A DNA stretch of 64,000 bases from an uncultured virus (IMG/VR IMGVR_UViG_3300044451_000218). Its lineage: Duplodnaviria; Heunggongvirae; Uroviricota; Caudoviricetes. Shown here in pieces: positions 29,698 to 39,849 of this stretch (position 1 is the first letter of the stretch; each line of letters opens with the position of its first letter). The notes beneath the pieces were generated by a model that was not told the DNA's origin, did not search any database, and was given only the letters and a program-made list of their open reading frames with translations. The translations under genes and the position numbers were made by a program. Location of the stretch: IMG/VR virus record IMGVR_UViG_3300044451_000218; one strand, 5' to 3'.

Positions 29698-30810
29698 ATG
29701 AGCCGCACGACCACTTTCCGCAACCAGAGCTACAACGTCATCGCCTACCCGTTGAGCCAGATCATCGGCACCGACAACTGCCGTCGTCCCTGCCCGATGC
29801 TGTGGAACCTCGGCCTCGATCCGTGGGAGGCGTACCGCCAAGTCATCAGTGACGACCTTGCCGAAGTGCGGAAGGGCGTGGCGGTTCTGGAACAGTCGCC
29901 CCGGTTCTGCGAGATGGCGGCGACCCTCAAAGACGACACCCAACTTCAGGCCATCGGCCTTCGCAGCTACCGCGCCCGCGCCGGCAAGGTGGAAGGCGAG
30001 CAGCAGTACGAAGACCGCGCGGCCCTCTCGTTCGGCAACGGCCGGTTGTTCGGAATGGCGTTGCTGGAAGGGCGGCGGAAGCTGGCCCTCGCGGACGGCG
30101 AGAAGGTCAGCAAGACCCCGCTCACCATCGACGCGATCCTGATGCGTCTGACGCGGGAAGAGAGCTACGAGTTGAGCATCATCGAGAACGACAAGCGTTC
30201 CGAGATGGATGACCTCGACTGGGGTCTGCTGTTCGACCGCGACCTCAAGACGGTCAACCCGCAAACCAAGAAGCTGCACACGATCAAGGAAGTCGCGGAG
30301 AAGCGGGGCAAGAACTACCACTGGGTTCGCGGCCGTGCGGCTCTGCCGTACCTGCCGGCCGAAATGCTCGCCGAGATCACCGACTGGGACAAGGTGAACA
30401 TTGACGCCCTCTGCCAAACGGCGTTGACGTACAAGGCGGGCGCGAAGCAGGACGCGGTCGTGGATCAGGGCGAAGCCCCCGCGACTAGCACCGTGCCGAC
30501 CAACAAGACTTCCGATGCGGTCGCGATCCTGTCGATGGACTCGGACGGCGAAGAAACGCCCTCGACCGGGACCGGGAACGAGCCGAAGAACGAAGGCGAA
30601 GGCGACAAGGAAACCGTCGTCCAGACCCCGGAGCGGAAGTCGCGGTTGCCGCGTTCGGTTCAGCCGAAGAAGCGTCGGACGGTGATGACGATGAAGGAAA
30701 TGGGCGAGTTCTTCGCCGAACAGGAAGACGACGCGGCGAAGGCGATCATCGCGCAGTGCATGAAGATGACCGTCGAAGAGGCGAAAGCTTACGCCGAAAC
30801 GCTGAACTGA
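29698..30810 (+). CDS. ParB/Spo0J-like protein
   Basis: LQAIGLR, FGNGRL (cf. GxRR), IENDKRSEM (cf. ENxxRxDL), HTH TIKEVAEKRGKNYHWV. Confidence 0.6.
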   Translation: MSRTTTFRNQSYNVIAYPLSQIIGTDNCRRPCPMLWNLGLDPWEAYRQVISDDLAEVRKGVAVLEQSPRFCEMAATLKDDTQLQAIGLRSYRARAGKVEGEQQYEDRAALSFGNGRLFGMALLEGRRKLALADGEKVSKTPLTIDAILMRLTREESYELSIIENDKRSEMDDLDWGLLFDRDLKTVNPQTKKLHTIKEVAEKRGKNYHWVRGRAALPYLPAEMLAEITDWDKVNIDALCQTALTYKAGAKQDAVVDQGEAPATSTVPTNKTSDAVAILSMDSDGEETPSTGTGNEPKNEGEGDKETVVQTPERKSRLPRSVQPKKRRTVMTMKEMGEFFAEQEDDAAKAIIAQCMKMTVEEAKAYAETLN

Positions 30811-30954
30811 CACGCAATTTCGGAGACAAGCGGAAACCCCGCTTGTCTCTAGTGTTGCCCAAAGAATCGCCCGGCTCTCGCGTATCACTCTTGACGGCAC
30901 TAAGCTGTCCGCGTAAACTGGGTCAGTTGTAAAGACTACAAACCGGAGAATGCC

Positions 30955-31956
30955 ATGACGGACTTCGACGTGATCGTCCCGCACAAGTCGGTCAGCAGCG
31001 AACGCCTCGGCGAGTGCTGTGAGATCATGATTCGCGGCAACGACGCTTACCGCAAGTGGATGCCGAACATCACCCGGCGTCGGAGTCGCGAGTGCCGCGA
31101 CCTGATCGTCAAGGGCAAGAGCGACGAGGTTCTGAAGTACATTCCGGCCGAGCGGCACGCCGAGTTCAAGGCCGATCTGCCGGTGATCTGCAACGTCGAG
31201 TCCGTGATGAACGACTTGCTCGGCCACCACGTCAGGATGATCGTCAAACTCGCAACCCGCTGGTCAAAGACCAACGAGGGCGAGAAGTCGGCGAAGCGGT
31301 CCTACTACGACGGCGGCGATCTGGCGAGCGAAGGGTTCATCGCCATGTTCGACGCCATCCGCAACTACAACCGGGACCACATCAAGTTCGTGACCTACGC
31401 TTGGACCACTGTGAACCGCCGGATGTTCGCCTCCCTCATGGCGACTTCCCCCATGTCTTGCTTCACGCGGCAAGAGCAGAAGATGCTCAAGAACGCCGTC
31501 AAGAAGCAGTTGGAAACCGGGAACCGCAATCTGGCGGATGCGGTCGCGGGCGGTGTCGTGACGGGCGACCAAGCCGCGCTGGTGCGGGAAATGCTCACGA
31601 TCAAGGTGGTTCTGGCGTCCCGTCTGGAAGAGTCGATGGGACCGGACAGCGAGGGGTTCGACTTCACCAGCATGCGGGAAGGCGTCTCTACCGACCGTTC
31701 GGGGCAGCCCAACGATGCTTGGGGGTTGTACGACTTCATGGAACGTGCGGAACTGGACGACTGCGAGCAGGACGTGCTGTTGTCGAGCCTCACGCCCTTC
31801 CGGGGCTGGCAGGCCGAATGCTCCACGCGGCACAACCTGTCGCGAACCTCCGTCCACAACATTCTGCAACGGGCGTGCAACAAGATTCGGCACGTTGCCG
31901 GTCTGCGCGAAACCGACGCCAACATCGCCCAGTTGATGGTGTCGATGTCTGACTAA
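30955..31956 (+). CDS. Sigma70-family RNA polymerase sigma factor
   Basis: Region 2 DLASEGFIAMFDAIRNYNRDHIKFVTYAWTTV; region 4 LSRTSVHNILQRACNKIR. Confidence 0.85.
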   Translation: MTDFDVIVPHKSVSSERLGECCEIMIRGNDAYRKWMPNITRRRSRECRDLIVKGKSDEVLKYIPAERHAEFKADLPVICNVESVMNDLLGHHVRMIVKLATRWSKTNEGEKSAKRSYYDGGDLASEGFIAMFDAIRNYNRDHIKFVTYAWTTVNRRMFASLMATSPMSCFTRQEQKMLKNAVKKQLETGNRNLADAVAGGVVTGDQAALVREMLTIKVVLASRLEESMGPDSEGFDFTSMREGVSTDRSGQPNDAWGLYDFMERAELDDCEQDVLLSSLTPFRGWQAECSTRHNLSRTSVHNILQRACNKIRHVAGLRETDANIAQLMVSMSD

Positions 31957-32047
31957 GAAATTGTCTCATGGAATGAGGGCGCAATTCCAGAGACTTCGCC
32001 CTAGACTGTTTGTTAGTAGCGTCGGCATACCCTAACAGGAGTTCGAG

Positions 32048-35000
32048 ATGAACGAGCAACCCTACTTCGGCTGGTACTCTCAAGAAGCGGCCGAAAACTA
32101 CGGTAGCGTGATCTACGTCAAAGACGGTGTCAACATCGAATGCACTACCGTCGCCAAAGACCCGAACTATCAGTACGGGTTCAAGGACGCCGTGTTCCTC
32201 GGCGAAGTCGGCCAGTACAGCCACAAGGGGCGGCACGGCACCAACGAACCACGCCAGTTCACGCCGCTACGCGAATTCGATCCCCCGTTCACGCTCAAGA
32301 GCCACCTCAACTACCCGGTTATCGCGCCGGAAAAGGTTCAGGAGTTCATCGACAAGCTCAACGCGAGCGGCTTCACCTTCGACAAGTCGCTCGCCGACGT
32401 GAAGAAGGTACAGGTTCAAGAAGAATGCGATCAGCCGACCGTTCTGGCGGTCGAGGCCAACGGCGACACGGTCGTCGTTTCGGGAGGCAAGTGATGAACC
32501 TCGCCGACCTTCGAGCCGCCCGCGACGAAACAGCCGTCGCACACACGCTGCTCCGCGACCAGATGAGTAACGAGATTAGCCAGCGGCTCGAAGAGGCGAA
32601 AAGACAGATCAGCAGGGAAGTTCACGACAAGTACAACGTCGAACTGGAACGGGCCTTCAAAGCCCGAACAGAAGCGTTCACGGCCTGCCAGAAGGCCGAG
32701 GTCGCGGCTGCTGCGGAAAACGCCCCGGTTCCGGTCGGCACCAAGCTGATCGGTTGGGGATACCCCAAGTACGCCGGCTACGGGGCCAAGCGTGAGGCTC
32801 AGGTTACTGGTGTGCTGGAGGTATATTCCAACAGCACACAGGTGCAGGCCAACGCCCGCCGGAAGATGATGCTGTCGCCCGGCGTTTACATTGTTCGGTT
32901 GCTCAAGAAGGACAACACGCCCGGCGCGATTGTCGAACGCTACGGCGTCGGCAAATACGTCTGGCTCCCCGAAGGCGAAACCCCGAAAGAGGGCAAGTGA
33001 TGGTTCGCACACTGGCACAAGAAGGCCGCGCACCGACAGAGGCTCACTACCTCTCCGACCACGGCAAACCGCTCGAAATGTCGAACGGGTTGTACAAGCG
33101 GGTGATCCCGTTGAAAGAGGTCGCGGCGACCGGCCACTACTCCGATATGGCGAAGCTTGCCAAGATCTTCAATCACGAAGTCTTGGAAGACAATCACGGG
33201 ACGTGGCGGTGGCGGCGGAACCTCCTGACGACATGGGTTTTTGAACACGGGCCGTTCCACACGCCCTCAAACACGTCCGACGCCACCGACCACAAAGAGC
33301 CGTGGGCGCGGCCCACGAAGCAGTATCGCGGGACCATCGACCTCAACAACCTGTGGACCGACTTCCACAACGGAATGTTCTCGCTCGAAGAGATGATGAA
33401 GTTCTACATGGAGATCGGGTACTCGCTCTGTGGTTACGCGGAGGTCTTCGGCCAACGCGAGGCGTTCGAGTTCGGACTGCCCGACGCCAAGAAGCCGAAA
33501 GGGAACCGCGACAGTTACACCGAAACGCTGATCGACTACGTCGCTCGCGTCCACAAGGGGAAGGTACTCAGTCTGTGACGCCATGAACGAATTCATCTAC
33601 GACAAGATCTTCATTTTGAATGGAGATCAAACCCTCCCCGACGATCTGGCGGCGTTGACGGTCGCTGCTGTCAACGCCGCCTCTGATTTGAAGCTGACCC
33701 AAGTTCCCAGTTTCGATGACGTGAAGCGAGAAGACGATGGCGACTTCTACACGGCAGCCAACTCCGCGAAGGAAGAAAACCTGTATGTCGCGACTGTCGG
33801 CGTGGCGTGGTTCAAAGACCGGCGCGGCCTCAAGCACGTTCGTGTGATCGGTGCGACGGTGAAGTCCAAGTCGTGGAAGTCGAACCGCCTGTGGCCCGCC
33901 CACCTCGTGCCGGCCGAGGTCGTCTACCCAGGAGTTCGTTGGGACGGCAGCGGGTACACCCTCCACTGCAAGTGCGGCCGACAAATGGCGTGCGAAGCCC
34001 CGCGTTGGAACGGCCGGACCTGTGAAATCTGTCAGGAGTTGGAGCAGTATGCGAAGGACAACGACGGGGCCGAGGTGTATTTGCCCGCGCAAAAGCGGAG
34101 ACAGAAATAGGTGTGCTTGTTATGGGTGTCCCCATGAGGTAGAGAGATGTCTGCTGTAAACAAGAACGTCCTGACGATCCGCTACATCGGCCCCGACGAC
34201 GCACACGAGTACGTCGTTCAACGCGGCGATAAAATGTTCTGGAGCGGCTTCAACTGGGTGAAAACCATTGACTCCGCGAAGGTGTTCACCGACCACAAGG
34301 CGGCGCAAGCCACGGTCGCGGCCCTGATGCACCAGCGGCACAAGGGTAAGCCGAGCCGCAAGTTCAAGTTGAACGTCACCGTCACCCTGACCGACGAAAA
34401 CGTTCAGAACATTCCGGCCTCCTCGCTCGCCGCGTGGTTGCACGCCGCGCTGCGGCTGGACATCGAGAACTTGATCTACGGCGACGGCCCGACCGCCGAC
34501 AGCTACGTCAAGGCACGGATCGAGATGTCCTCGTTCCAAGAAACCCCGGAGTGAGCAATGGTTGCCGTCAACATGTCCAATTTCGGGTTCGACGGCGACC
34601 GGCCGTTCACGAAGGAAGACGCCCTCAACTTCGAGGGCGAGAACGTGGCTGTCAAACTGTTTGATTCGGGGCTTTCTCGCATCTGCGAGGGCGTCCTGAG
34701 CGAAGTCACTGACACGACGATCAAGGTCGGTGACGAAGTCCTCCTCAACGAGTGCGTCCGCAAAGTCACCTTCAAGGATTAAGTCATGCCCGCCAAGAAG
34801 CCCGCCAAAGAAGTCGATCCGCTGGACGATTTCCGCAAGAAGATGAACCGTGAAAACCGCGCCAACAAGAAAGCGTTGGATGGCCTGAAGGCCAACAAGC
34901 ACTTCAATGCTGAGACGGTCATGGCCGAGCTTTTCGCCGGTCTGGAATGCGGCTCCCTTCACATCGGTTGGGCGTTAGACAAGTTCTGGGGTCTGAAGGT

Positions 35001-35586
35001 CGCGGAGACGATGCCCAAGCTGCAAAAGATCTACGACGAGGCCGTGAAGCGGAACTACACCCGCGAGAACAACCTGTCCTTCAACGACATGGACGACAAG
35101 CTGTTCGTCATGCCGCACGACCAGTATTGTGTCCTCTGCCACGAGTTGCAGAGTTCCAACTACGTCTACGTCTGGGAACGGAACGCGCCGTCCAAGTTCC
35201 AGAAACTGCACGTCCGGCGTTACTTCGACGTACTGAAGGTCGAAGACAAGTTCGACAAGCAGGAAGAAGCCGAGTTCAAGAAAAAGGTTCGTGAGAAGGG
35301 CAAGCGTGCGGGGATCATCGCCGCGCAACGGTTCGTTGAGAACTACGCCGACGACTACCCGGAAAATCCGTACCCGAAGCGGCTCTCGCTGGACAGCTAC
35401 ATCAAGGCCGGCTTCGAGATGAAGTACGGCGACTGCCGTGACGAGGGCTACATCCTGACGTGGGACCAGTTCCGCGACTCGGTTGATCGGTCGTACTACG
35501 AACACAGTCGGATCGAAGCAGTCCTCGACTGCTACATTCCGAGCATCGAATACGCACTCTTTGAAGAAGGGCGGGAAGAAGAATGA
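32048..35586 (+). other. Run of hypothetical ORFs (32048-32494, 32494-33000, 32997-33578, 33583-34110, 34147-34554, 34558-34782, 34786-35586)
   Basis: Contiguous coupled ORFs; no family recognised. Confidence 0.6.
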
Positions 35587-36356
35587 AGCTCACATTCGCC
35601 GGTGTCGGTTCGGCCTTCACCGACAGCCGTTACTGGCAATCGAACATGTTCTTCACCTCGAAGCAGGGGAAGAGATTGATGATCGATTGCGGCGGTGATG
35701 CCCGGTTCAGTTTCGGCGAACACGGCGCTACCAACCGCAACATCGGGGATTGGTCGGATGGCGTTTACATCAGCCACCTTCACGCCGACCACATCGGCGG
35801 GCTGGAGTGGTACGCCTTCTGCACCTACTTCAATCCCAACGTGTCGCGGCCCAAGTTGTTCATCGTGGACGAACTGGTCGATCCGCTGTGGGAGAGCTTG
35901 AAGGGCGGGCTGGCCTCGCTGGAAGGCAAGGTCATGACGCTCGAAGACTTCTTCGACGTGCGTGAGTTGCACATCAACAGCAGCTTCGTCTGGGAGGAAC
36001 TGAACTTCACCCCGATTCAGACCGTTCACATTATGAACGGCATGGGGATCGTGCCTTCTTACGGGTTGCTCGTCAAAGAAAACGGCAACCCCGCGACCGC
36101 GTTCATCACCACGGACACGCAATACTGTCCGCGCCAGATCGAGCGATTCTACGAACGCTCCAGCATCATCTTCCACGACGCCGAAACCGGCGCGAGACGG
36201 AGCGGCATTCACGCATACTACGACGACCTCAAGACGTTGCAAGCCGAACACAAGGCGAAGATGTGGTTGTATCACTACAACCCCGACCCGACCCAAGAAG
36301 CCGAGGCAGACGGGTTCAAAGGGTTTGTGAAAAAGGGACAAACCTTCGAGATCTAA
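35583..36356 (+). CDS. Metallo-beta-lactamase-fold hydrolase (RNase Z/BN-like)
   Basis: GVGSAF, LMIDCG, YISHLHADHIGG, FITTDT, IFHDAE, MWLYHY. Confidence 0.88.
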   Translation: MKLTFAGVGSAFTDSRYWQSNMFFTSKQGKRLMIDCGGDARFSFGEHGATNRNIGDWSDGVYISHLHADHIGGLEWYAFCTYFNPNVSRPKLFIVDELVDPLWESLKGGLASLEGKVMTLEDFFDVRELHINSSFVWEELNFTPIQTVHIMNGMGIVPSYGLLVKENGNPATAFITTDTQYCPRQIERFYERSSIIFHDAETGARRSGIHAYYDDLKTLQAEHKAKMWLYHYNPDPTQEAEADGFKGFVKKGQTFEI

Positions 36357-36401
36357 AGTCTTCTCGGTCTATACTGACGGTGAAGAAAGAGGACTCAAAA
36401 C

Positions 36402-36797
36402 ATGATCAGCCCAAAAGAACTCCGCAAACTGACTGACGAAGCTCTGGTCAACGCCGAGAAGGAACGAACTCGGCAGGCCGAGGAGCAGTTGCGGATTGCC
36501 GAAGAGAACAAAAAGAAACGCGAGAACCGCGCCGCGACGATTCTGGCCGAGATCCCCGCAAAAGCTCGCGAGGCGGCGGTGAAGGGGAGTTGTTCGGTCG
36601 CCATCATGCGACTAGAATACCCTGAGTTCGACAAACCGTCCGGCACCCACTTCGCCCTTTGCGAACCGCAATGGTTGAAGGGCGCGGCCAAGATCGTGTG
36701 GGATCACTGCGTCGAGGCCAATCTGAAGCCGAGGCTGGAACACTGGCACGACGGCGTGGGCATCCACGAGAGCTTCGACATCATCGTACAATGGTAG
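36402..36797 (+). CDS. hypothetical protein
   Basis: ORF with RBS after promoter motif. Confidence 0.65.
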   Translation: MISPKELRKLTDEALVNAEKERTRQAEEQLRIAEENKKKRENRAATILAEIPAKAREAAVKGSCSVAIMRLEYPEFDKPSGTHFALCEPQWLKGAAKIVWDHCVEANLKPRLEHWHDGVGIHESFDIIVQW

Positions 36798-36804
36798 TCT
36801 TCTT

Positions 36805-37437
36805 GAAGGGTAGGCCACAACCAAAGGGTGGCCGGCTCGGTAAGAGCCGCAGTCGGGAATCTTGCCCGGTCTGGCATACATCGTGATAGACATAGTATGC
36901 CCACGAGGAGCCGCGCGAAAACTGGTGTATAACACTGGTGGCCTAGACGAATCCAAAGTCGAGAAATTGGGACGGTGGTAACGTCGTAAGCGTTACCGCA
37001 CCAACGCGAAAAATGGCCCGGTCGCTCTGGGGAACAGGGCGGCGACGAGCAAAGGTCGAAAACGCCGTCCGTGGTTGACGTAAAACTAGCCCTTCCTGGC
37101 GCGAAGTGAAACTCGTTGTGTTTTCTGGTTGTCGCTACAACCGGCCCCATTTCAACAGTTGGGGGCAAATTAACTGGCCCTTTTCAATGGTTGGGGTAAC
37201 TAACTAGCCCTTTTAAGCGGGTTGGGGCAAGCTCAGGAATCTGAGCGGACTAACTGCCGATCTTGTCAGTTCTCCGTAACTGAACTGACCCGATGACGCC
37301 GGATCGTGAAGCCGTCCAGCTAGAAAACCCGTCATGCGTGTGGTTCGCCATTGCATGGGGATGCTGGCCCTTGAAATAGATCGTTCCGGCGTTTGACGCA
37401 CTCATCGCCCCGGTCAGAAATGGCCGGGGCGTTTTCT
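36805..37437 (+). ncRNA. Candidate large (~630 nt) structured non-coding RNA
   Basis: ~700-nt gap with no credible ORF, many stem-loops, long-range TAGGCCAC/GTGGCCTA pairing, terminator at the end. Confidence 0.65.
37406..37437 (+). terminator. Rho-independent terminator
   Basis: CGCCCCGGTCA-GAAA-TGGCCGGGGCG-TTTTCT. Confidence 0.8.
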
Positions 37438-37510
37438 TGTTCCAAAAAACTCGGACAGCCGCCCGTAGTCACCGTTAAGAACCAACGTCGCCCCCAACAA
37501 GGTACTCAAG

Positions 37511-38263
37511 ATGAGCAGCATCCACATCACGAGCTTCGTTCGCCGCCAAACCCCGCAGAGCGGTTTCTCGCACTGGACGATCAGTGACGACGAACTGATC
37601 TCTCGCGTGGTGGCGGGCCTCCCCAACGCCAAGCGGGGCTACCGCGACGGCGTGTTACTCGTGCCGGTCAAGCCGGACGGGTTCTTCGCCGGCCTCGTCA
37701 AACTCAAGGACGGGGACAAGCTCGTCGGCGAGTACAAAGCACGCAGACCCGGCGAAGACCCACGCAAGTCAACATACGCCCTCGACGGCGTCAAGATGCC
37801 CGCCGTGAGCGTGTACGTCGTCCTCTACGCTCACGACGTGTTGGCCGAGAAGAACGAAAACGAAACCGACGCGGCGTTCGAGGTCGTGTCCGTCAACGCG
37901 AACGTGACGGAAGAGGAAGCTCCGATTCCGACCGGCGCTCTCATCGCCAACCACTTCGGGCTGTCCGGTGGCACGAACACCAACATGACGGACAGCGAGT
38001 TCGTCGCGTTGCTCCGCAAGAGCGTGGAGTTCTGGAAGGACAAGGCTTTGGCCTGTCCGCAGGAACTGAAGCCCGACGCAGTCGCAGTTGATATTTTCAA
38101 CTGCATGTTCCGTGGGTGGGCTGCTGGCGACTTCCGCCTCGCGTCCGGCATCAGCTATGGGCAAGTGATCGAGTGGACGAAGTCGCAGGGCGGCGATCCC
38201 ACACCGCTACTCAGGCGAATGGCGGAACTCGAAGAGTTGGCTAAGAACTACAAAGACAGCTAA
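37511..38263 (+). CDS. DUF3228-like protein
   Basis: FVRRQ...GYRDGVLLVPV...YKARRPGEDPR...VVLYAHDVL. Confidence 0.6.
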   Translation: MSSIHITSFVRRQTPQSGFSHWTISDDELISRVVAGLPNAKRGYRDGVLLVPVKPDGFFAGLVKLKDGDKLVGEYKARRPGEDPRKSTYALDGVKMPAVSVYVVLYAHDVLAEKNENETDAAFEVVSVNANVTEEEAPIPTGALIANHFGLSGGTNTNMTDSEFVALLRKSVEFWKDKALACPQELKPDAVAVDIFNCMFRGWAAGDFRLASGISYGQVIEWTKSQGGDPTPLLRRMAELEELAKNYKDS

Positions 38264-38317
38264 AAGACGGCTCGACAATTTAGCCGCAGGAAACACATCC
38301 TGCGGCTAAATAGTTTC

Positions 38318-38893
38318 ATGAAAACCTTCGCAGAGTGGCTCGCCGTGGAAGCTCGCGCACCCAAGAACGAGTTGTTGCAATACGCACCCAACAAGAAGTA
38401 TTTCACCATTTCTCCGCAATGGCACGACTTCTCTATTTGGTTTGAAAAGCAACCGCCGTCCGACGCCGAACTCAGGATGATGGCCGAAATCATCAGCGGT
38501 CACGGATTCCCGACCAGAGTTGCCAAGACGGGCGAGCAATGGCCCTACAGCGGTGACAGGCGGTACGACGATCTGGCTGACGAAATCCGTCACAAGTGGG
38601 ACGTTGCAGTTGATGACGCCGTCGAGGGCGTCCGAAAGTATCGCGCCGTTGTCGGCAGGAAGATCTCACACGGCACTCACCACGACGGCGGCGAGCGGAT
38701 GCCATTCTATAACGACCAGATCGCCACCATCGTACACAACCTGCGATACGTCAAAGACGACCCCGAAAAAGCCAAGAAGATGTTCGACGCAATGGACCGC
38801 AACACCAAGTTCATTCTCGTTCACGACGCCGGTATGTTCACCTCGGACGGCGCATTGACTCCAGTCGCATCACAGTACCTCCGAGGCTACTAA
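38318..38893 (+). CDS. hypothetical, possible virion-internal protein
   Basis: MKTFAEWLAVE start; TAAATA 5 nt upstream. Confidence 0.6.
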   Translation: MKTFAEWLAVEARAPKNELLQYAPNKKYFTISPQWHDFSIWFEKQPPSDAELRMMAEIISGHGFPTRVAKTGEQWPYSGDRRYDDLADEIRHKWDVAVDDAVEGVRKYRAVVGRKISHGTHHDGGERMPFYNDQIATIVHNLRYVKDDPEKAKKMFDAMDRNTKFILVHDAGMFTSDGALTPVASQYLRGY

Positions 38894-39849
38894 CTAAGAT
38901 GAGGGATTGCCTTCTCGCCCACCCACGCGAGAATCTTGGTATCACCACGCTCTACCGCCTCGATCCAGCGGTGTTTGCCTTCGATAACGACCACCGGCCC
39001 TTTCACTGTGTAGGTGGGGTGTTTGCTCAACACTTCGTTCGCTTCCACGATGATCGGCCCTAAGCTTTGGCTGCACGGCAGGTACTGCGGTCCTGTCGGT
39101 TTGAGTTTGGCGGTTTCCACTTCCATCAACTTGAACTTCTTGCTCACCACCAGATCAATCGGCACCGGGTCCAGCATTCCACGCACCTGATGCTCGTCAA
39201 CTTCGGCTGCGTACTGGAAGAAACCCCACGAAACGGCTTGTTTGAAGAAGTCCTTCATCTTCCCGAACATCACGAACTTCTGGTCGTCGTCCTCCACGAT
39301 TCCGTCTTTGGCCGCGAACGCGGTCATGGGATTCTTGTTTTCCGATTTTAGCAGCCGGCTCAGGTACGGGAAAACGGCGGGCGGCACCAGTGATCGCGCC
39401 GCTTCGTAGCCTTTGTTGATGCACACGTCTTTGACGGTACTGGATCGGATGTTCCTGATCTTGTCCGGGCCGAAGACGTAGTAGAAGTTGAGTTGCGGGC
39501 CGTGCGCCCGCATGTTCCGCTCGATGGCCTGCTCGTACACCAGATCGCGAGCATCGCGAACCCCACGAACGAGACAGATGTCGTTAAAATGAATGCCGCG
39601 TTCTGCGACCTGTTTCTTGCACCAGTCAACTGTCGTGGGGGTGTCAAGTATCTGGACGTAGGCTTTGGTGTGGGAGATTGATAGGGAGAGCATGTCCGCG
39701 CGTTCGCGGAGGGTGAAGGTGTAGTGCTTGGCGGGGTTGGGGCCAATGACCGCCTGAACCTCGTCGGCCATCTTGCAGGCTTGTTCGATGAGGTAAACGT
39801 GGCCGAGTTGTACGGGATCGTAACTGCCGGCGACGACAGCGATTTTCAT
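38890..39849 (-). CDS. coaD: Phosphopantetheine adenylyltransferase-like domain fused to a ParB/Srx-like domain
   Basis: AVVAGSYDPVQLGH, NPAKHYTFTLRER, LVRGVRDARDLVYE, IRSSTVK; C-terminal VVIEGKHRW. Confidence 0.75.
   Translation of the reverse strand: MKIAVVAGSYDPVQLGHVYLIEQACKMADEVQAVIGPNPAKHYTFTLRERADMLSLSISHTKAYVQILDTPTTVDWCKKQVAERGIHFNDICLVRGVRDARDLVYEQAIERNMRAHGPQLNFYYVFGPDKIRNIRSSTVKDVCINKGYEAARSLVPPAVFPYLSRLLKSENKNPMTAFAAKDGIVEDDDQKFVMFGKMKDFFKQAVSWGFFQYAAEVDEHQVRGMLDPVPIDLVVSKKFKLMEVETAKLKPTGPQYLPCSQSLGPIIVEANEVLSKHPTYTVKGPVVVIEGKHRWIEAVERGDTKILAWVGEKAIPHLS

Noticed and set aside
29119..31230. 703-aa minus-strand ORF and similar long antisense ORFs (7120-8391, 48375-50069, 50955-52163)
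   Set aside because: They overlap recognisable plus-strand genes; typical shadows in GC-rich DNA with no motifs
36805..37437. tmRNA or RNase P identity for the large RNA, prompted by smpB
   Set aside because: No tRNA-like ends or T-arm, no tag frame ending in Ala-Ala, no RNase P GAGGAAAGTCC motif
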